DNA of 64,000 bases from Candidatus Staskawiczbacteria bacterium (GCA_026395175.1 JAPLZF010000010.1:4450-68449), one strand, 5' to 3'. Counted from the first letter of the stretch, positions 19,839-30,608 are shown. Notes: a model not told the origin generated them from the letters alone. Program-made: numbers and translations.

Positions 19839-19910
19839 GGCGGCTATGGTGTAGCAGTAACACAACGCTCTGTGGCAGCGTCATCACGGGTGCAAATCCC
19901 GTTAGCCGCC
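19839..19910 (+). tRNA. tRNA-His(GTG)
   Basis: G-1, GCGGCTA...TAGCCGC-C, anticodon arm ACGCT-CTGTGGC-AGCGT. Confidence 0.92.
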
Positions 19911-19917
19911 CATTTTT

Positions 19918-19950
19918 AAAACCACCCCGAACTTTGCGAAGGGTGGTTTT
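19918..19950 (+). terminator. Terminator after tRNA-His containing a palindromic-element variant
   Basis: AAAACCACCC-CGAACTTTGCGAA-GGGTGGTTTT. Confidence 0.65.
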
Positions 19951-20002
19951 TATTTTATCTTTTTTATGATAGAATAAGATAAAATAAGATAAGCGCCAAA
20001 CT

Positions 20003-20530
20003 ATGCCGGATAAATTTGTAGATTTATACAATTTTATAGATTTTGCCAAAGCCAACAGAAAATATGCAGACAACACTGCCAATAATTTAAAATCTGCTTT
20101 AAAAATTTTTGAGAAAGAGTTGAATGCAAAAGAGCTTGAATCAATAGACATGGTGGAAGACAGCATAGGAGAAATTTTTAGAAGCCTAGTAATTGCCAAT
20201 AAAAACAAAAGCATTGTATCGCTAAATACTTACAAGGCGCGCCTGCTAAAAGTTATAAAAGACTACAAAAAATATGGAGCAGAACCAAGCAAAATACAGC
20301 ATTGGGTTGCAGGCACAAGGAAATCCACACCCCTGTTAATTAAGAAAGATATTTCAGATAAAAAAAAGATAACCTTATCTAACCCTATCAACACCCCTGT
20401 GGACAACCTTCATAAGATAACACTTTCTTTTGAATGCGGAAAAGCAGAAATTTTAATTCCCAAAAATATGGGCGCAAAAGAAGCTAAAATAATTAAGGAT
20501 ATTATTGATTCTCTTTCCATTGAGGAGTAA
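20003..20530 (+). CDS. Hypothetical helical protein
   Basis: 175 aa ORF; Y..NTA..L.SAL pattern weakly reminiscent of integrase N-terminal SAM-like domains. Confidence 0.7.
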   Translation: MPDKFVDLYNFIDFAKANRKYADNTANNLKSALKIFEKELNAKELESIDMVEDSIGEIFRSLVIANKNKSIVSLNTYKARLLKVIKDYKKYGAEPSKIQHWVAGTRKSTPLLIKKDISDKKKITLSNPINTPVDNLHKITLSFECGKAEILIPKNMGAKEAKIIKDIIDSLSIEE

Positions 20531-20539
20531 AATAATTAA

Positions 20540-21271
20540 ATGGCAATAATTATTATACTTTCAATAATAACTTTTATTTCCACCCTTCTGGGAGGGCTTT
20601 TTGCTATAAAATTTAAAGACAAACTCCATTATATTATGGCTTTTGCAGCCGGAGTTTTGCTGGGGGTGGTGGCATTTGATATTTTCCCAGAAATTATAGA
20701 AGAAATCAAAACATATAATTTCAGCCCAACTGGAACAATGATTGCTTTAGTTCTAGGATTTTTAGTTTTCCACATATTAGAAAAAAGCATTTTGATACAG
20801 CATTGCCACGAGGAGGATTGTTCTATCCATCATAAACATCCGCATATAGGAATGGCTGGAGCTTTAGCACTGGCGGGGCATAGCTTTATGGATGGCGTTG
20901 GCATTGGTCTTGGTTTTCAGGTTAGCCCAGCAATTGGGGTTTTGGTGGCAATTGCTGTTATTTCTCATGATTTTACAGATGGAATGAATATGGTAACTTT
21001 AATGCTCAACAACAAAAACAGCCATACAAAATCTAAGTTATTTTTACTTTTTGGCGCCATAACACCTATTTTAGGAGCTGTATCAACTTTATTTTTTAAA
21101 GTTCCTCCTCAATTTTTAGTTTTATATTTGGGATTTTTTGCAGGATTTTTGCTTTACATTGGAGCCTCAGACATTCTGCCGGAGGCCCACGCAGAACACA
21201 GCTCTTACAAGCTAATTGGTCTGACAATTCTCGGCACATTATTCATTTTTATCATCACGCGTTTTATTTAA
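20540..21271 (+). CDS. ZIP-family metal transporter
   Basis: FAAGVLL, His-rich loop, HSFMDG, HDFTDG, GFLLYIGASDILPEAH. Confidence 0.92.
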   Translation: MAIIIILSIITFISTLLGGLFAIKFKDKLHYIMAFAAGVLLGVVAFDIFPEIIEEIKTYNFSPTGTMIALVLGFLVFHILEKSILIQHCHEEDCSIHHKHPHIGMAGALALAGHSFMDGVGIGLGFQVSPAIGVLVAIAVISHDFTDGMNMVTLMLNNKNSHTKSKLFLLFGAITPILGAVSTLFFKVPPQFLVLYLGFFAGFLLYIGASDILPEAHAEHSSYKLIGLTILGTLFIFIITRFI

Positions 21272-21284
21272 AAAATATAAAAAT

Positions 21285-21635
21285 ATGAACCAAGAAAATA
21301 GACAAGAAAAAGAAGAAGAATATAATCCGTTTGTATCTTTAAAAGATTTGCGAGATAATTGGTCAGATGAAATTCCAGAGAAAATTTTGGAGGGAGGCAA
21401 AGGAGAAGAAAACCCAACTTTTAAGGTTAGGACAAACTGGTGGAACGGCGTCACGGGAAACATGGGCCTTTTGCTTGAAGATAAAATGCTGCCTGAAGAA
21501 TTAGTAGAAGAAACTGAAAAATTCATTAAAAAATTTTCGGGCAGATCTAGTATTTTGCACCTTCGACTACCCACTGCTGAAGACATTGCCGAAGCCAACG
21601 CAATGATTGATAAAGTTTTAGACTCCCAAAAATAA
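21285..21635 (+). CDS. Acidic hypothetical protein
   Basis: 116 aa ORF co-oriented with the ZIP gene and followed by a terminator. Confidence 0.7.
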   Translation: MNQENRQEKEEEYNPFVSLKDLRDNWSDEIPEKILEGGKGEENPTFKVRTNWWNGVTGNMGLLLEDKMLPEELVEETEKFIKKFSGRSSILHLRLPTAEDIAEANAMIDKVLDSQK

Positions 21636-21638
21636 AGC

Positions 21639-21670
21639 AAGCAAAAACCGCCTTCGGGCGGTTTTTGCTT
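21639..21670. terminator. Bidirectional intrinsic terminator
   Basis: AAGCAAAAACCGCC-TTCG-GGCGGTTTTTGCTT. Confidence 0.88.
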
Positions 21671-21675
21671 TAGAT

Positions 21676-23211
21676 TTATCTGGCGTATTCGATTACGCGG
21701 TTTTCGCGAATGACCACAACTTTGATTTCTCCTGGGTATTTTAATTCTTCCTCAATTTCTGCCGCAATTTGCCTGGCAATTTTGGCAGCTTGCAAGTCAT
21801 CCACTCTGTCGGACTTTACGAAAACACGAATTTCTCTGCCTGCCTGAATGGCATAGGTTTTTTCAACGCCTTCAAATTTGTTGGCAATATCTTCCAATGC
21901 TTTTAACCTCTGCAAATAGTTTTCCAAAGTATCTTTTCTGGCCCCTGGTCTAGAACTTGAAATTGCGTCTGCCACAGCCACAATTGTGCCCTCTAAAGAA
22001 TCAACAGGGAAGTCGCCGTGGTGACTTCGCATTGCTTTTATAATTGCTTCTCCTTCGCCAAATTTTTCCAAAATTTTAATTCCAATGTCAATGTGCGAGC
22101 CCTGAATCTGCTGGTCAATTGCTTTTCCAATGTCGTGCAAAAGCCCGGCCCGTTTTGCAGTTTGAGAGTTGGCTCCCAATTCGTCGGCAATTGTTTCAGA
22201 AATTAAAGCCACTTCCATTGAATGCAACAAAACGTTTTGGCCATAACTGGTTCTGTAATATAATCTGCCTAAAATCTGAATTAATTTTTCGTTCAACCCA
22301 ATAATTCCCACTTCATAAACTGCCTTGTCTCCGGCTTCCTTAATTTTAGCAGAAATTTCGGCTTTGGCTTCTTCATACTTTTCTTCAATTTTTGCCGGCT
22401 GAATTCTGCCGTCTTGAATTAATTTATCCAAAGTAACTTTGGCAATTTGCCTTCTAATTGGATTAAACCCCGAAATTACAACCGATTCTGGAGTTTCGTC
22501 TACAATTAATTCAACCCCGGTTAACTTTTCAAAAGTTCTAATGTTTCTGCCTTCCTTGCCGATAATTCTGCCTTTTAAGTCTTCGTTGGCAAGAATAACG
22601 CTTGTTGTTGTCAGCTCCTGCGCCTGAGAAACCGCGCATTTTTGAATTGCCATGGCAACAATGTCTTTTGCCCTCAATTGCAACTTTTCCTGGTTTCCTT
22701 CTTCCAATCTTTTCATCCTGTCCAAAATTTCTTTTTCGTTTTCTATTTCAACTAAAGCCAGCAATTCTTTTTTGGCATCGTCGCGCGATAGGGAAGCCAC
22801 CTTTTCCAATTTTGTTTCCGCTTCAAGCCTCAATTGCTCCAAGCTTTCTTTTATAGTTTTCAATTTTTCCACTTTATCCTGCAACTCTTTTTCTTTGCCT
22901 TCAAAAGAAACAATTCTTTCAGCCAACAAGCTTTCTCGGTCCAGCAGAAGCTGCTGGGCTTTTAAAAATTCCCTTCTTCTTTCATCGACTTCTTTTTGAG
23001 CTTTTTCAATAATTTCAGCAGATTTTTTTTCTGCGTTTTTCACCATTGTTGATGTTTCTTCTTTAACATCAATAACTCTTTTTTGCAGTTTTGCCTCTAA
23101 TGTTCCTGCTCTTCTTTTCGCCAAGCTCTGCCTGACATAATATCCCAAAATAGAGCCGAAAATAACGCACAAAGCTCCGCCTATAATATAAATGATAATA
23201 ATTTGTTCCAT
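21676..23211 (-). CDS. rny: Ribonuclease Y
   Basis: N-terminal TM and coiled coil, KH (KGRIIGKEGRNIR), HD (LLHDIGK), AIQAGREIRV. Confidence 0.97.
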   Translation of the reverse strand: MEQIIIIYIIGGALCVIFGSILGYYVRQSLAKRRAGTLEAKLQKRVIDVKEETSTMVKNAEKKSAEIIEKAQKEVDERRREFLKAQQLLLDRESLLAERIVSFEGKEKELQDKVEKLKTIKESLEQLRLEAETKLEKVASLSRDDAKKELLALVEIENEKEILDRMKRLEEGNQEKLQLRAKDIVAMAIQKCAVSQAQELTTTSVILANEDLKGRIIGKEGRNIRTFEKLTGVELIVDETPESVVISGFNPIRRQIAKVTLDKLIQDGRIQPAKIEEKYEEAKAEISAKIKEAGDKAVYEVGIIGLNEKLIQILGRLYYRTSYGQNVLLHSMEVALISETIADELGANSQTAKRAGLLHDIGKAIDQQIQGSHIDIGIKILEKFGEGEAIIKAMRSHHGDFPVDSLEGTIVAVADAISSSRPGARKDTLENYLQRLKALEDIANKFEGVEKTYAIQAGREIRVFVKSDRVDDLQAAKIARQIAAEIEEELKYPGEIKVVVIRENRVIEYAR

Positions 23212-23299
23212 AACTTTATAATTTTTAATTTTAATAAAATAAACTCACTTGCTCAGTGAGTACACATAAAATATATTTTAATTTTAGAAGGCCGAAGGT

Positions 23300-23317
23300 C
23301 CTGAGCGAAGCCGAAGG
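23300..23317. repeat. CCTGAG..CGAAGG palindromic element (intergenic)
   Basis: CCTGAGCGAAGCCGAAGG, preceded by a partial copy GCCGAAGG. Confidence 0.7.
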
Positions 23318-23318
23318 A

Positions 23319-23900
23319 TTATTTTCCGCCGATTACTTCATCGATTAGTCCGTATTTTTTGGCTTCTTCCGCAGTCAAATAAAAATCTCGGTCGGTATCT
23401 TTCACCACCTTTGATATGGGCTGTCCTGTGTGCGAGGAGATAATTTTATTTAACTTTTCTTTCATATGGACAATCTGTTTTGCAGTAATTTCAATGTCTG
23501 CTGCCTGCCCTTGCATGCCTCCTGCAACTTGGTGCAAAAGTATTTCGGCATTAGGCAAGGCAAATCTCTTGCCTTTGGTTCCTGATGCCAAAATAACTGC
23601 CGCCATTGAAGCCGTAAGACCTATGCAAATGGTAGAAATTGGACACTTCAAAAACTGCATCGTGTCGTAAATTGCTAACCCGGCTGTAACCGAACCTCCT
23701 GGGCTGTTTATGTAAAGCTTAATATCTCTTTTGGAGTCTTTTGATGCCAAATACAGCATCTGGGCAATAACCACGTTTGCGTTCATGTCGGTTACGGGCC
23801 CGGCCAAAAAAATTATACGCTCTTCTAAAAGCCTTGAAAATATATCGTATGCGCGCTCACCGCGCTGTGATTTTTCTACAATAGTTGGTACTATTGGCAT
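23319..23900 (-). CDS. clpP: ATP-dependent Clp protease proteolytic subunit
   Basis: [26 protein letters not shown]. Confidence 0.98.
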   Translation of the reverse strand: MPIVPTIVEKSQRGERAYDIFSRLLEERIIFLAGPVTDMNANVVIAQMLYLASKDSKRDIKLYINSPGGSVTAGLAIYDTMQFLKCPISTICIGLTASMAAVILASGTKGKRFALPNAEILLHQVAGGMQGQAADIEITAKQIVHMKEKLNKIISSHTGQPISKVVKDTDRDFYLTAEEAKKYGLIDEVIGGK

Positions 23901-25171
23901 TCTTCTAATTTTTTAAATATTTTTTCATTTTTAATTACACCTTTAGTATACTCTTTTAACTCATTTATGTCAATTTTGGCCAACTGCTCTTTGGAATAAT
24001 TTTTTATTGATTTTGCCACTTCTTCTGCAACTTCTTCATCAGAAACTTCAACATTTTCTTTATTGCCCAATTCCCGCAAAACCAAAAATCCTCGCAGTCT
24101 TTTTTCGGCCTCTTTTTTATAGGTTTCTTTTATTTCTTCTTCTGTTTTTTTAATGGAAGCCAAATATTCTCCAAAACTAATTTTTGTAGCGTCTTCAATT
24201 TTATGTTTTAAGTCGTGCAATAATCTTTCCTGTTCATATTCCACCATGGCAATGGGCATTTCAAACTTTGACTTTTCAGCAATTTTTTCTAAAATTTCTG
24301 CTCTTACTCTTTGTTTTTCTTCTTCTGTTTTTTCCAAAGAAATTCCTTCTTTCATACTGCCTTTCAGGGCATCCAAAGAATCAAAAGCGCCCATTTGTTT
24401 TGCAAATTCGTCATCAATTTCAGGCAACTCCATTTTTTGCACCGAAATTATTTTTACTTTAAATTCTCCGTCTTTCCCGGCTAATGCCGATTTTTCGGGA
24501 AACTTAATTGTAAATGTTTTTTCTTCACCGGCTTTCATACCAACAATATTTTCTTCAAATCCTTTCACCAAACCTCCTTCTCCCAAAATAAACTGGTCTT
24601 TAACTGATTTTCCATTTTCAATTTCTTTGCAGGAATATTCAATTTCCACAAAATCTTTGTTTTCTGCCACATCATTTTTTAAAATAAATTTTGCCCTGGT
24701 TTTTTGCAAATAATTTATGGAATCCTGAATTTCTTCTTCTGTTACAGAAATTTCTTTTCCCTTCACGCTTTTTGCAATTTCTTTATAATTTGGCAATTCA
24801 ACATCGGGCAAAATTGTAATTACTGCTTTAAATACAAAAGGGGAGCCACCTTCGACTTTGCTCAGGTCAGGCTTTTCAATTTTAATTATAGAAACTTCGG
24901 GCTGTCCAACTGGTTCTAATTTGTTTTCCAAAATGTAATCGGTATAAACATGCTGGACCGCATGGTCACCGGCTTCCATAAGCAAAGCCTCGGGCTTTAA
25001 TTTATCTTCCACCATTGAGGAGGGCGCTTTTCCTTCGCGAAATCCGTCAACTTTTACGTGATGCTTTAAATGTTCTAAAGCATGCGAAAAATGCTCCAAA
25101 AACTCTTCAGCTGTCAGCTCAAAAGTTATTTCTAATTGTGATTTCTCCAGCTTTTTTAATTCTGTTTTCAT
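23891..25171 (-). CDS. tig: Trigger factor
   Basis: GFREGKAP ribosome-binding motif, FKBP-like domain, [11 protein letters not shown]; upstream of clpP. Confidence 0.95.
   Translation of the reverse strand: MKTELKKLEKSQLEITFELTAEEFLEHFSHALEHLKHHVKVDGFREGKAPSSMVEDKLKPEALLMEAGDHAVQHVYTDYILENKLEPVGQPEVSIIKIEKPDLSKVEGGSPFVFKAVITILPDVELPNYKEIAKSVKGKEISVTEEEIQDSINYLQKTRAKFILKNDVAENKDFVEIEYSCKEIENGKSVKDQFILGEGGLVKGFEENIVGMKAGEEKTFTIKFPEKSALAGKDGEFKVKIISVQKMELPEIDDEFAKQMGAFDSLDALKGSMKEGISLEKTEEEKQRVRAEILEKIAEKSKFEMPIAMVEYEQERLLHDLKHKIEDATKISFGEYLASIKKTEEEIKETYKKEAEKRLRGFLVLRELGNKENVEVSDEEVAEEVAKSIKNYSKEQLAKIDINELKEYTKGVIKNEKIFKKLEECQ
24849..24866. repeat. Palindromic element in-frame in tig
   Basis: CCTTCGACTTTGCTCAGG (protein DLSKVEG). 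Confidence 0.7.
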
Positions 25172-25291
25172 AATTTACTAAATATTTTTACGAATAATAT
25201 TGTCTAGTTTACCGCTTTTCCATCAAAAAATCAACTCTCAATTTATTTCAGGTTGCCATACGACAACCAACGCAAGGCGACACCCCAAGTG

Positions 25292-25316
25292 AAAAGCGGG
25301 CTTAAAACCCGCTTTT
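25292..25316 (-). terminator. Intrinsic terminator
   Basis: AAAAGCGGG-CTTAAAA-CCCGCTTTT. Confidence 0.75.
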
Positions 25317-25340
25317 ATTTTTTGTTATCTTTTTATAAAT

Positions 25341-25703
25341 TTATTTTTTTCTTTTGAGCCAGTTAATGATAAATAAAACTCCAACTAAAATTGCAGGACC
25401 AGCAATTGTGATCATCCAAGAAATCATATACCACTCAAAACGGCTGTTTAAAAAAAGTAGTCCAATATAAAATAACCCTGCTAAAATAAATATAATTCCG
25501 ACAATAATTTCTTTTCTCCATGAAATTATTAAAACAGCCAGCAAAATCAGCGAAGGAATATTATGCATAAATAATGCCAAAGCTGTGCCCCAAAATCCAT
25601 AAGCCCCATCAAAAACATCCAAAGAAAATAACGCCAAAAAAAGAATAAAAATCACCGCACTGACCCTTGGCGTCCAATACAAAAATTTATTTATTTTCTC
25701 CAT
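25341..25703 (-). CDS. Four-TM membrane protein
   Basis: Start MEKINK at 25703; WTPR, FSLDVF, LFMHNIP. Confidence 0.8.
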   Translation of the reverse strand: MEKINKFLYWTPRVSAVIFILFLALFSLDVFDGAYGFWGTALALFMHNIPSLILLAVLIISWRKEIIVGIIFILAGLFYIGLLFLNSRFEWYMISWMITIAGPAILVGVLFIINWLKRKK

Positions 25704-26012
25704 TTTTTCCCATTTTTTTAATTTTAAAAAATCCAACTATCAGGGGAAGCGCAAAGGTTGTGGCGTAATAAAAATACACGTCTAATTTGTAATACCCATC
25801 TGCTGGTTTAAACAGCAAAACCAAGAAAAAATAATTGTCTTTTTTATCAAAACCCAAAGCGTTATTAAAATTCCCACAGGCGAAATAACCCAACCAATTA
25901 AATTTGCCGGCACCAGCATAAACAAAATAATTCCCAGCACGTAGCCGATAAGCCACAAACCAACTCCCCAGCCAAAGCTATTAATTAAAAACTTTTTTGT
26001 ATTTTCTCTCAT
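25687..26012 (-). pseudogene. Frameshifted small membrane protein
   Basis: One frame gives ...GWGVGLWLIGYVLG...TLWVLIKK; another continues YFFLVLLFKPADGYYKLDVYFYY...LPLIVG; the frames switch near 25840. Confidence 0.65.
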
Positions 26013-26608
26013 AAATTTATTTTATAATTATTTTTTAAAAATGGATTTCCCATATTAAAGGTTATTTCTGGTGTTTTATTATTTATGATTTCAGCAGGAA
26101 TGCCGTATTTTTTGCTGTATATCTCGCCAGCGGCGCAAAACAACGCCTTAAAATAATCAAAACCAAGTTTTTCAGAAATCAATTTTACCTCTTTTTCGGA
26201 TTTTCCCTCAACTTCCACAAACGGCTCTAAAAATGGCCATTCGTCAATACACACCTCAACGCCATCTAATTCCCAAATTTCTCTTTTAGTTTCCTGATAT
26301 GATTTTTTTTGGCACCCTATCACTTCTAAAAATTCTTTTCCTGCATTAAAATCATTTATAACTAAACCTATTTCTTTTTGGTTTTCGATTTTTTCTCCAT
26401 CAACAACTTTCAAACTCATTGTAATCTTATTGTCTTCATCTCTTACCCTAAGCCACGCGCCCTCTATTTCATGCCCGTTGGGTAAATTAAAAACAACTCT
26501 CTTTTGCATGAATTCAGACTTTACCAACTTCGCTCCAACTTTCTCTAACTTCTCTCTTATCTCCCCCTTATTTATATTTAGAAATGTGGCCTCATATTCT
26601 ATTGCCAT
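26009..26608 (-). CDS. CYTH-domain protein
   Basis: IEYEATF, WLRVRDE, YQETKRE, FVEVEG. Confidence 0.9.
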   Translation of the reverse strand: MAIEYEATFLNINKGEIREKLEKVGAKLVKSEFMQKRVVFNLPNGHEIEGAWLRVRDEDNKITMSLKVVDGEKIENQKEIGLVINDFNAGKEFLEVIGCQKKSYQETKREIWELDGVEVCIDEWPFLEPFVEVEGKSEKEVKLISEKLGFDYFKALFCAAGEIYSKKYGIPAEIINNKTPEITFNMGNPFLKNNYKINL

Positions 26609-26635
26609 AAGTTTGTTCAACTTTTCTAAATTATT

Positions 26636-26772
26636 TTAGGTTAACACTTGTTAACCTGATACGTTTAATTATTTTTTGTTTTATTTCTCAGGTTGTCATA
26701 TGACAACCTGCGTGGTCTCATTATTGATACGGCATTGATACAGCACGTTTTTGCCTCGAGGCAAAAACGTGC
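26636..26772. repeat. Cluster of palindromes (REP-like)
   Basis: AGGTTAACACTTGTTAACCT, CAGGTTGTCATATGACAACCTG, GCACGTTTTTGCCTCGAGGCAAAAACGTGC; a related GGTTGCCATACGACAACC lies at ~25251-25268. Confidence 0.75.
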
Positions 26773-26832
26773 TATCCACTGTTCGCTTTTTCTTCTCTGG
26801 TCTGGCAACTTTCTTTCCCCTTCCCCATAAAT

Positions 26833-27120
26833 TTATTTATCTTCTTTCTTAACACTTATTATTATACCTATAAATAATAAACCCATCCATAATAATTCCC
26901 CCTCGGAATTTTTAAAAAATTTCGCCCAGTCTGGAACATTTAATTTACTTACGTCTTCTTTATATTTTTCTCCACATGGTCCTCTGTCATCATTTTGGCA
27001 AACAATATCTCCAGTAGGATACATTTCACCTTTTGGAAAATAGTGATTAGCAGAAAAAAATAATACTGAAATTATCGCAAATAAAACCCAAACAATTATA
27101 ATCCAAATCTTTTTTACCAT
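26833..27120 (-). CDS. Small two-TM hypothetical protein
   Basis: 95 aa; loop with a C..DDRGPC pair. Confidence 0.7.
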   Translation of the reverse strand: MVKKIWIIIVWVLFAIISVLFFSANHYFPKGEMYPTGDIVCQNDDRGPCGEKYKEDVSKLNVPDWAKFFKNSEGELLWMGLLFIGIIISVKKEDK

Positions 27121-27183
27121 AAATTTATTGTTTATTTATTAAAGACTCAACGAGAACACTTCCCGTCGGTTATTTTCCTATGA

Positions 27184-27660
27184 TTAAAAAACTTTACTCA
27201 TTATTCCAATCACAAGATTAAAAGAATAACTAATAAGAATAACGTCACCAAATAAAATAGGTAATCTAATGTTCTGATATATAAAAATTGAGAATATGAT
27301 TAAAAATAAATTTATAATCGCAACAACAAAAGTATAAAAACTAAATTTGAACATTTTTTCTCTACCTAGTTTTTCTCCAGCTTCAAAGTTTGTCCTACTC
27401 CCCTCATCTAGCATACCCCTTGATGCAAGTCTTTCCCTTTTTCTATCAATATTTTCAAATCCATATACAAACATCATTCCCACAAAAGCTACCAAAGATA
27501 TTAAAGATGTGGCGACTATTGATGCAAATTGTTCTATTACGTTTTCTCTTATCTTAATTCCAAAATATTGTTGTACAAACCATCCCATAAAAACAAACAA
27601 GCAAAAACAAATTATTATCTTTTTTTCATTTTTTAACCATTTCATAATTTTTCTACCCAT
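27184..27660 (-). CDS. Four-TM hypothetical protein
   Basis: 158 aa AT-rich hydrophobic ORF. Confidence 0.65.
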   Translation of the reverse strand: MGRKIMKWLKNEKKIIICFCLFVFMGWFVQQYFGIKIRENVIEQFASIVATSLISLVAFVGMMFVYGFENIDRKRERLASRGMLDEGSRTNFEAGEKLGREKMFKFSFYTFVVAIINLFLIIFSIFIYQNIRLPILFGDVILISYSFNLVIGIMSKVF

Positions 27661-27664
27661 AATT

Positions 27665-27880
27665 TTATTTTTCTAATCCGTGTTTTTTTATACAGAAATT
27701 TAATAACGTCGATCCTTCTGAAGGAGAAAGCTTGTTTTCATTAGCTATTTTTGATACTGATACCCCGCACTCTTTTCTGATTTGTGCAGGTCTCCATTGG
27801 AACCAATAAAAAGCTGAACTAACTATCGTAATAATCAAAACCATTATGACTATTGAAATTGTTAATATTATTTTTTCCAT
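27665..27880 (-). CDS. Small membrane protein (FYWFQWRP..IRKEC...C...G)
   Basis: 71 aa with TM and a two-Cys motif. Confidence 0.7.
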   Translation of the reverse strand: MEKIILTISIVIMVLIITIVSSAFYWFQWRPAQIRKECGVSVSKIANENKLSPSEGSTLLNFCIKKHGLEK

Positions 27881-27965
27881 AATTTTAATTTTTAATAATT
27901 ATTATTTGAGTTTGACGCTGTTTGTATAAAAAGTCAACACTCATTTGCCGCGATTATCTTGAATT

Positions 27966-27994
27966 TGACATTGGGATTTTTTGTTGATAAAGTA
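27966..27994 (+). promoter_or_regulatory. sigma70-type promoter of the hicBA module
   Basis: TTGACA-17 nt-TAAAGT. Confidence 0.6.
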
Positions 27995-27999
27995 AAAAT

Positions 28000-28329
28000 A
28001 TGAGCTATAAAAATACACTAAAAAAGGGGTCTGTTAGATATGTTATCTTCAAAGAAGCTGACACTTGGTACGGAGTGGCTTTAGAATTTAATATTGTAGA
28101 AGAAGGTAAAGACCCACTAAAGGTGATGAGTTCTTTATTTGAAGCAATTCAGGGATATGTTGAAACGGCTCAAAAATTAAAACTACGCCCGATGCCGTTG
28201 AATCAAAAACCAGATACAGAATATCAAAAACTTTGGGAAAAATTATCCAAAGTCAAAAAAGAAACAGATTTACTGCCAAAAAATGTTTATAACTTTGGCA
28301 CCACTTCTCCCTATGCCATGGCTCAGTGA
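28000..28329 (+). CDS. hicB: HicB-like antitoxin
   Basis: IFKE..WYGVALEFNIVEEG...L.EAI.GY pattern; adjacent to HicA. Confidence 0.7.
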   Translation: MSYKNTLKKGSVRYVIFKEADTWYGVALEFNIVEEGKDPLKVMSSLFEAIQGYVETAQKLKLRPMPLNQKPDTEYQKLWEKLSKVKKETDLLPKNVYNFGTTSPYAMAQ

Positions 28330-28331
28330 AT

Positions 28332-28562
28332 ATGACTAAAAGCATTTTTAACTGGAATTTCAAAGATATAGAAAAATTTCTGAGAGAAAATCATTTTATT
28401 TATTCTCATGCAAGAGGTAGCCATTATTTCTACACAGGACATTATGGAAAACAACCAAGAATCGTTCAAGTACCACGCCATAGTTCAGAATCATTAAAAC
28501 CAAGAACATTTAAAGCAATTGTAAAACAATCAGGAATACCCTTAAAAATCTGGCTGGAATAA
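28332..28562 (+). CDS. hicA: HicA-family toxin (dsRBD-like mRNA interferase)
   Basis: RGSH, VPRH, L...T...I.KQSGI. Confidence 0.88.
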   Translation: MTKSIFNWNFKDIEKFLRENHFIYSHARGSHYFYTGHYGKQPRIVQVPRHSSESLKPRTFKAIVKQSGIPLKIWLE

Positions 28563-28578
28563 TACAAATACTAAATCA

Positions 28579-28612
28579 AAACAAAAATCCCTCACTTAAG
28601 GGATTTTTGTTT
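28579..28612. terminator. Bidirectional terminator
   Basis: AAACAAAAATCCCT-CACTTA-AGGGATTTTTGTTT. Confidence 0.85.
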
Positions 28613-28622
28613 GTATATTTTA

Positions 28623-30608
28623 TTATACTAAGAAAGCGACAATCAATAAGGCGACGATGTTGAGCACTTTAATCATTGGGTTGATTGCAGGGCCTGCTGT
28701 GTCTTTGTAGGGGTCGCCAACGGTGTCACCGGTGACTGCGGCTTGGTGGGCAAAACTTCCTTTGCCTCCATAAGCTCCGCCTTCAATGTATTTTTTGGCA
28801 TTGTCCCAGGCAGCTCCGCCGGTTGTCATAGAAACTCCAACGAATATTCCTGTAATAATTGAACCAATTAACAACCCGCCCAAAGCCTGCGGGCCAAGAA
28901 TGAATCCAACCAAAATTGGAGCAACAATTGGAATTAAAGCCGGAATCATCATTTCTTTAATGGCGGCTTTTGTAACAATGTCAACGCATTTTCCATATTC
29001 TGGTTTTGCGGTTCCTTCCATTAAACCCGCAATATTTTTAAATTGTCTGCGAACTTCTTCAACAACTTTTCCGGCTGTTTTCCCAACAGCTCCCATTAAA
29101 AATGACGCAAACAAGTAGGGGAGCAGTCCGCCAATTAAAAGCCCTGCAATAACTTTTGGGTCGTTTAAGACAAACTGCGAAACTCCGCCAACGTTAACTT
29201 TTTCTGAATATGCAGAAAACAAAACCAATGCAGCCAAACCTGCCGATGCAATTGCATAACCTTTTGTAACTGCTTTTGTTGTGTTGCCAACTGCGTCCAA
29301 AGCATCTGTAATTTCCCTGACTTCTTCTGGCATGCCGGACATTTCTGCAATTCCTCCGGCGTTATCTGTAATTGGACCATAAGCATCAACACCAACCACA
29401 ATTCCAGAAATTGAAAGCATTGCCATAACAGCCAAAGCGACTCCGTAAATTCCTGCCAGCCAAAAGCTTAAAATTGTTCCAAAAGCAATCAGCAAAACAG
29501 GGTAGGCTGTAGATTGCATTCCCAAACCAATCCCACGAATTATATTTGTTGCGTGCCCTGTTTCTGAAGCCTTGGCAATTGATTTTACCGGGCCATAATC
29601 TTTTGAAGTGTAATATTCTGTAATAACAAACATTTCAATTGCAATTACCAAACCCACCAATGTTGAAAAATACAACCTGTTTGCCGAAATTGCCTGTCCT
29701 GCCATAAGTTTTACAATTACAGGATAAAATGCAATTGCACACAAAATTACCGTAGCCGCCAAGCCTTTGTACATGGCTCCCATAATTGATTTTTTGGCTC
29801 CCAATCTTACAAAGAAACTTCCAATAATTGAAGCCAAAATTGCAACGCTTCCCAAAATTAAAGGAAGCAAAACAAAGTTTGGGCTTCGCGGAAACAGCAA
29901 AGCTCCCAAAATCATTGTGGCAACCGTGGTAACTGCGTAAGTTTCAAAAATGTCTGCTGCCATGCCGGCGCAGTCTCCAACGTTGTCGCCAACCTGGTCG
30001 GCAATTACTGCCGGGTTTCTTGGGTCGTCTTCTGGAATTCCTTTTTCAACTTTTCCAACCAAGTCTGCTCCAACATCGGCTGCTTTAGTATAAATACCCC
30101 CGCCAACTCTGGCAAAAACAGAAATTAAAGAAGCTCCAAATCCCAAACCCACCAAGGCTTCCATGTCGCCTTTTGTTAAAAAATAATATCCTGAAACCGC
30201 CAGCAATCCCAAACTCACCACCATTAAACCTGTGATTAAACCTCCTTTAAAAGAAATGTCTAAAGCCTTTGCCAAGCCCTTTTTTGCGGCTTCTGCAACT
30301 CTTGTATTGGCTTGCGTAGAAACAATCATTCCAATAAATCCCGAAAGCCCAGACAAAACAGCTCCAATTAAAAATCCAATTGCAATTTTCCAACCTAAAA
30401 AGAATAAAAGTATAAAAAGCACGACCCCAACTATAGAAATAGTCTTGTATTGCCTTTTTAAATAAGACATTGCTCCCTCCTGAACTGCTGCTGTAATTGC
30501 CACGGCTTTGCCCGAGGCAACCGGCGCTTTTTTAATTTGCATTGCCAAAAAATAGACAAATACAATTGCAAAAAGCGAAACGATTATCGGAAAATATATC
30601 AACGACAT
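28623..30608 (-). CDS. hppA: Membrane-bound ion-translocating pyrophosphatase, likely K+-independent type
   Basis: [43 protein letters not shown] (Lys form), [10 protein letters not shown]. Confidence 0.97.
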   Translation of the reverse strand: MSLIYFPIIVSLFAIVFVYFLAMQIKKAPVASGKAVAITAAVQEGAMSYLKRQYKTISIVGVVLFILLFFLGWKIAIGFLIGAVLSGLSGFIGMIVSTQANTRVAEAAKKGLAKALDISFKGGLITGLMVVSLGLLAVSGYYFLTKGDMEALVGLGFGASLISVFARVGGGIYTKAADVGADLVGKVEKGIPEDDPRNPAVIADQVGDNVGDCAGMAADIFETYAVTTVATMILGALLFPRSPNFVLLPLILGSVAILASIIGSFFVRLGAKKSIMGAMYKGLAATVILCAIAFYPVIVKLMAGQAISANRLYFSTLVGLVIAIEMFVITEYYTSKDYGPVKSIAKASETGHATNIIRGIGLGMQSTAYPVLLIAFGTILSFWLAGIYGVALAVMAMLSISGIVVGVDAYGPITDNAGGIAEMSGMPEEVREITDALDAVGNTTKAVTKGYAIASAGLAALVLFSAYSEKVNVGGVSQFVLNDPKVIAGLLIGGLLPYLFASFLMGAVGKTAGKVVEEVRRQFKNIAGLMEGTAKPEYGKCVDIVTKAAIKEMMIPALIPIVAPILVGFILGPQALGGLLIGSIITGIFVGVSMTTGGAAWDNAKKYIEGGAYGGKGSFAHQAAVTGDTVGDPYKDTAGPAINPMIKVLNIVALLIVAFLV

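Noticed and set aside
20396..20409. DnaA-box-like CTGTGGACAAC
   Set aside because: It has a mismatch and lies inside a CDS, so is probably chance.
20003..20530. Integrase next to the tRNA cluster
   Set aside because: Too short and lacks the R-H-R-Y catalytic residues; only a weak N-terminal resemblance.
26620..27200. Integron cassette array (small ORFs separated by hairpins)
   Set aside because: I could not identify paired RYYYAAC/GTTRRRY attC ends or an integron integrase.
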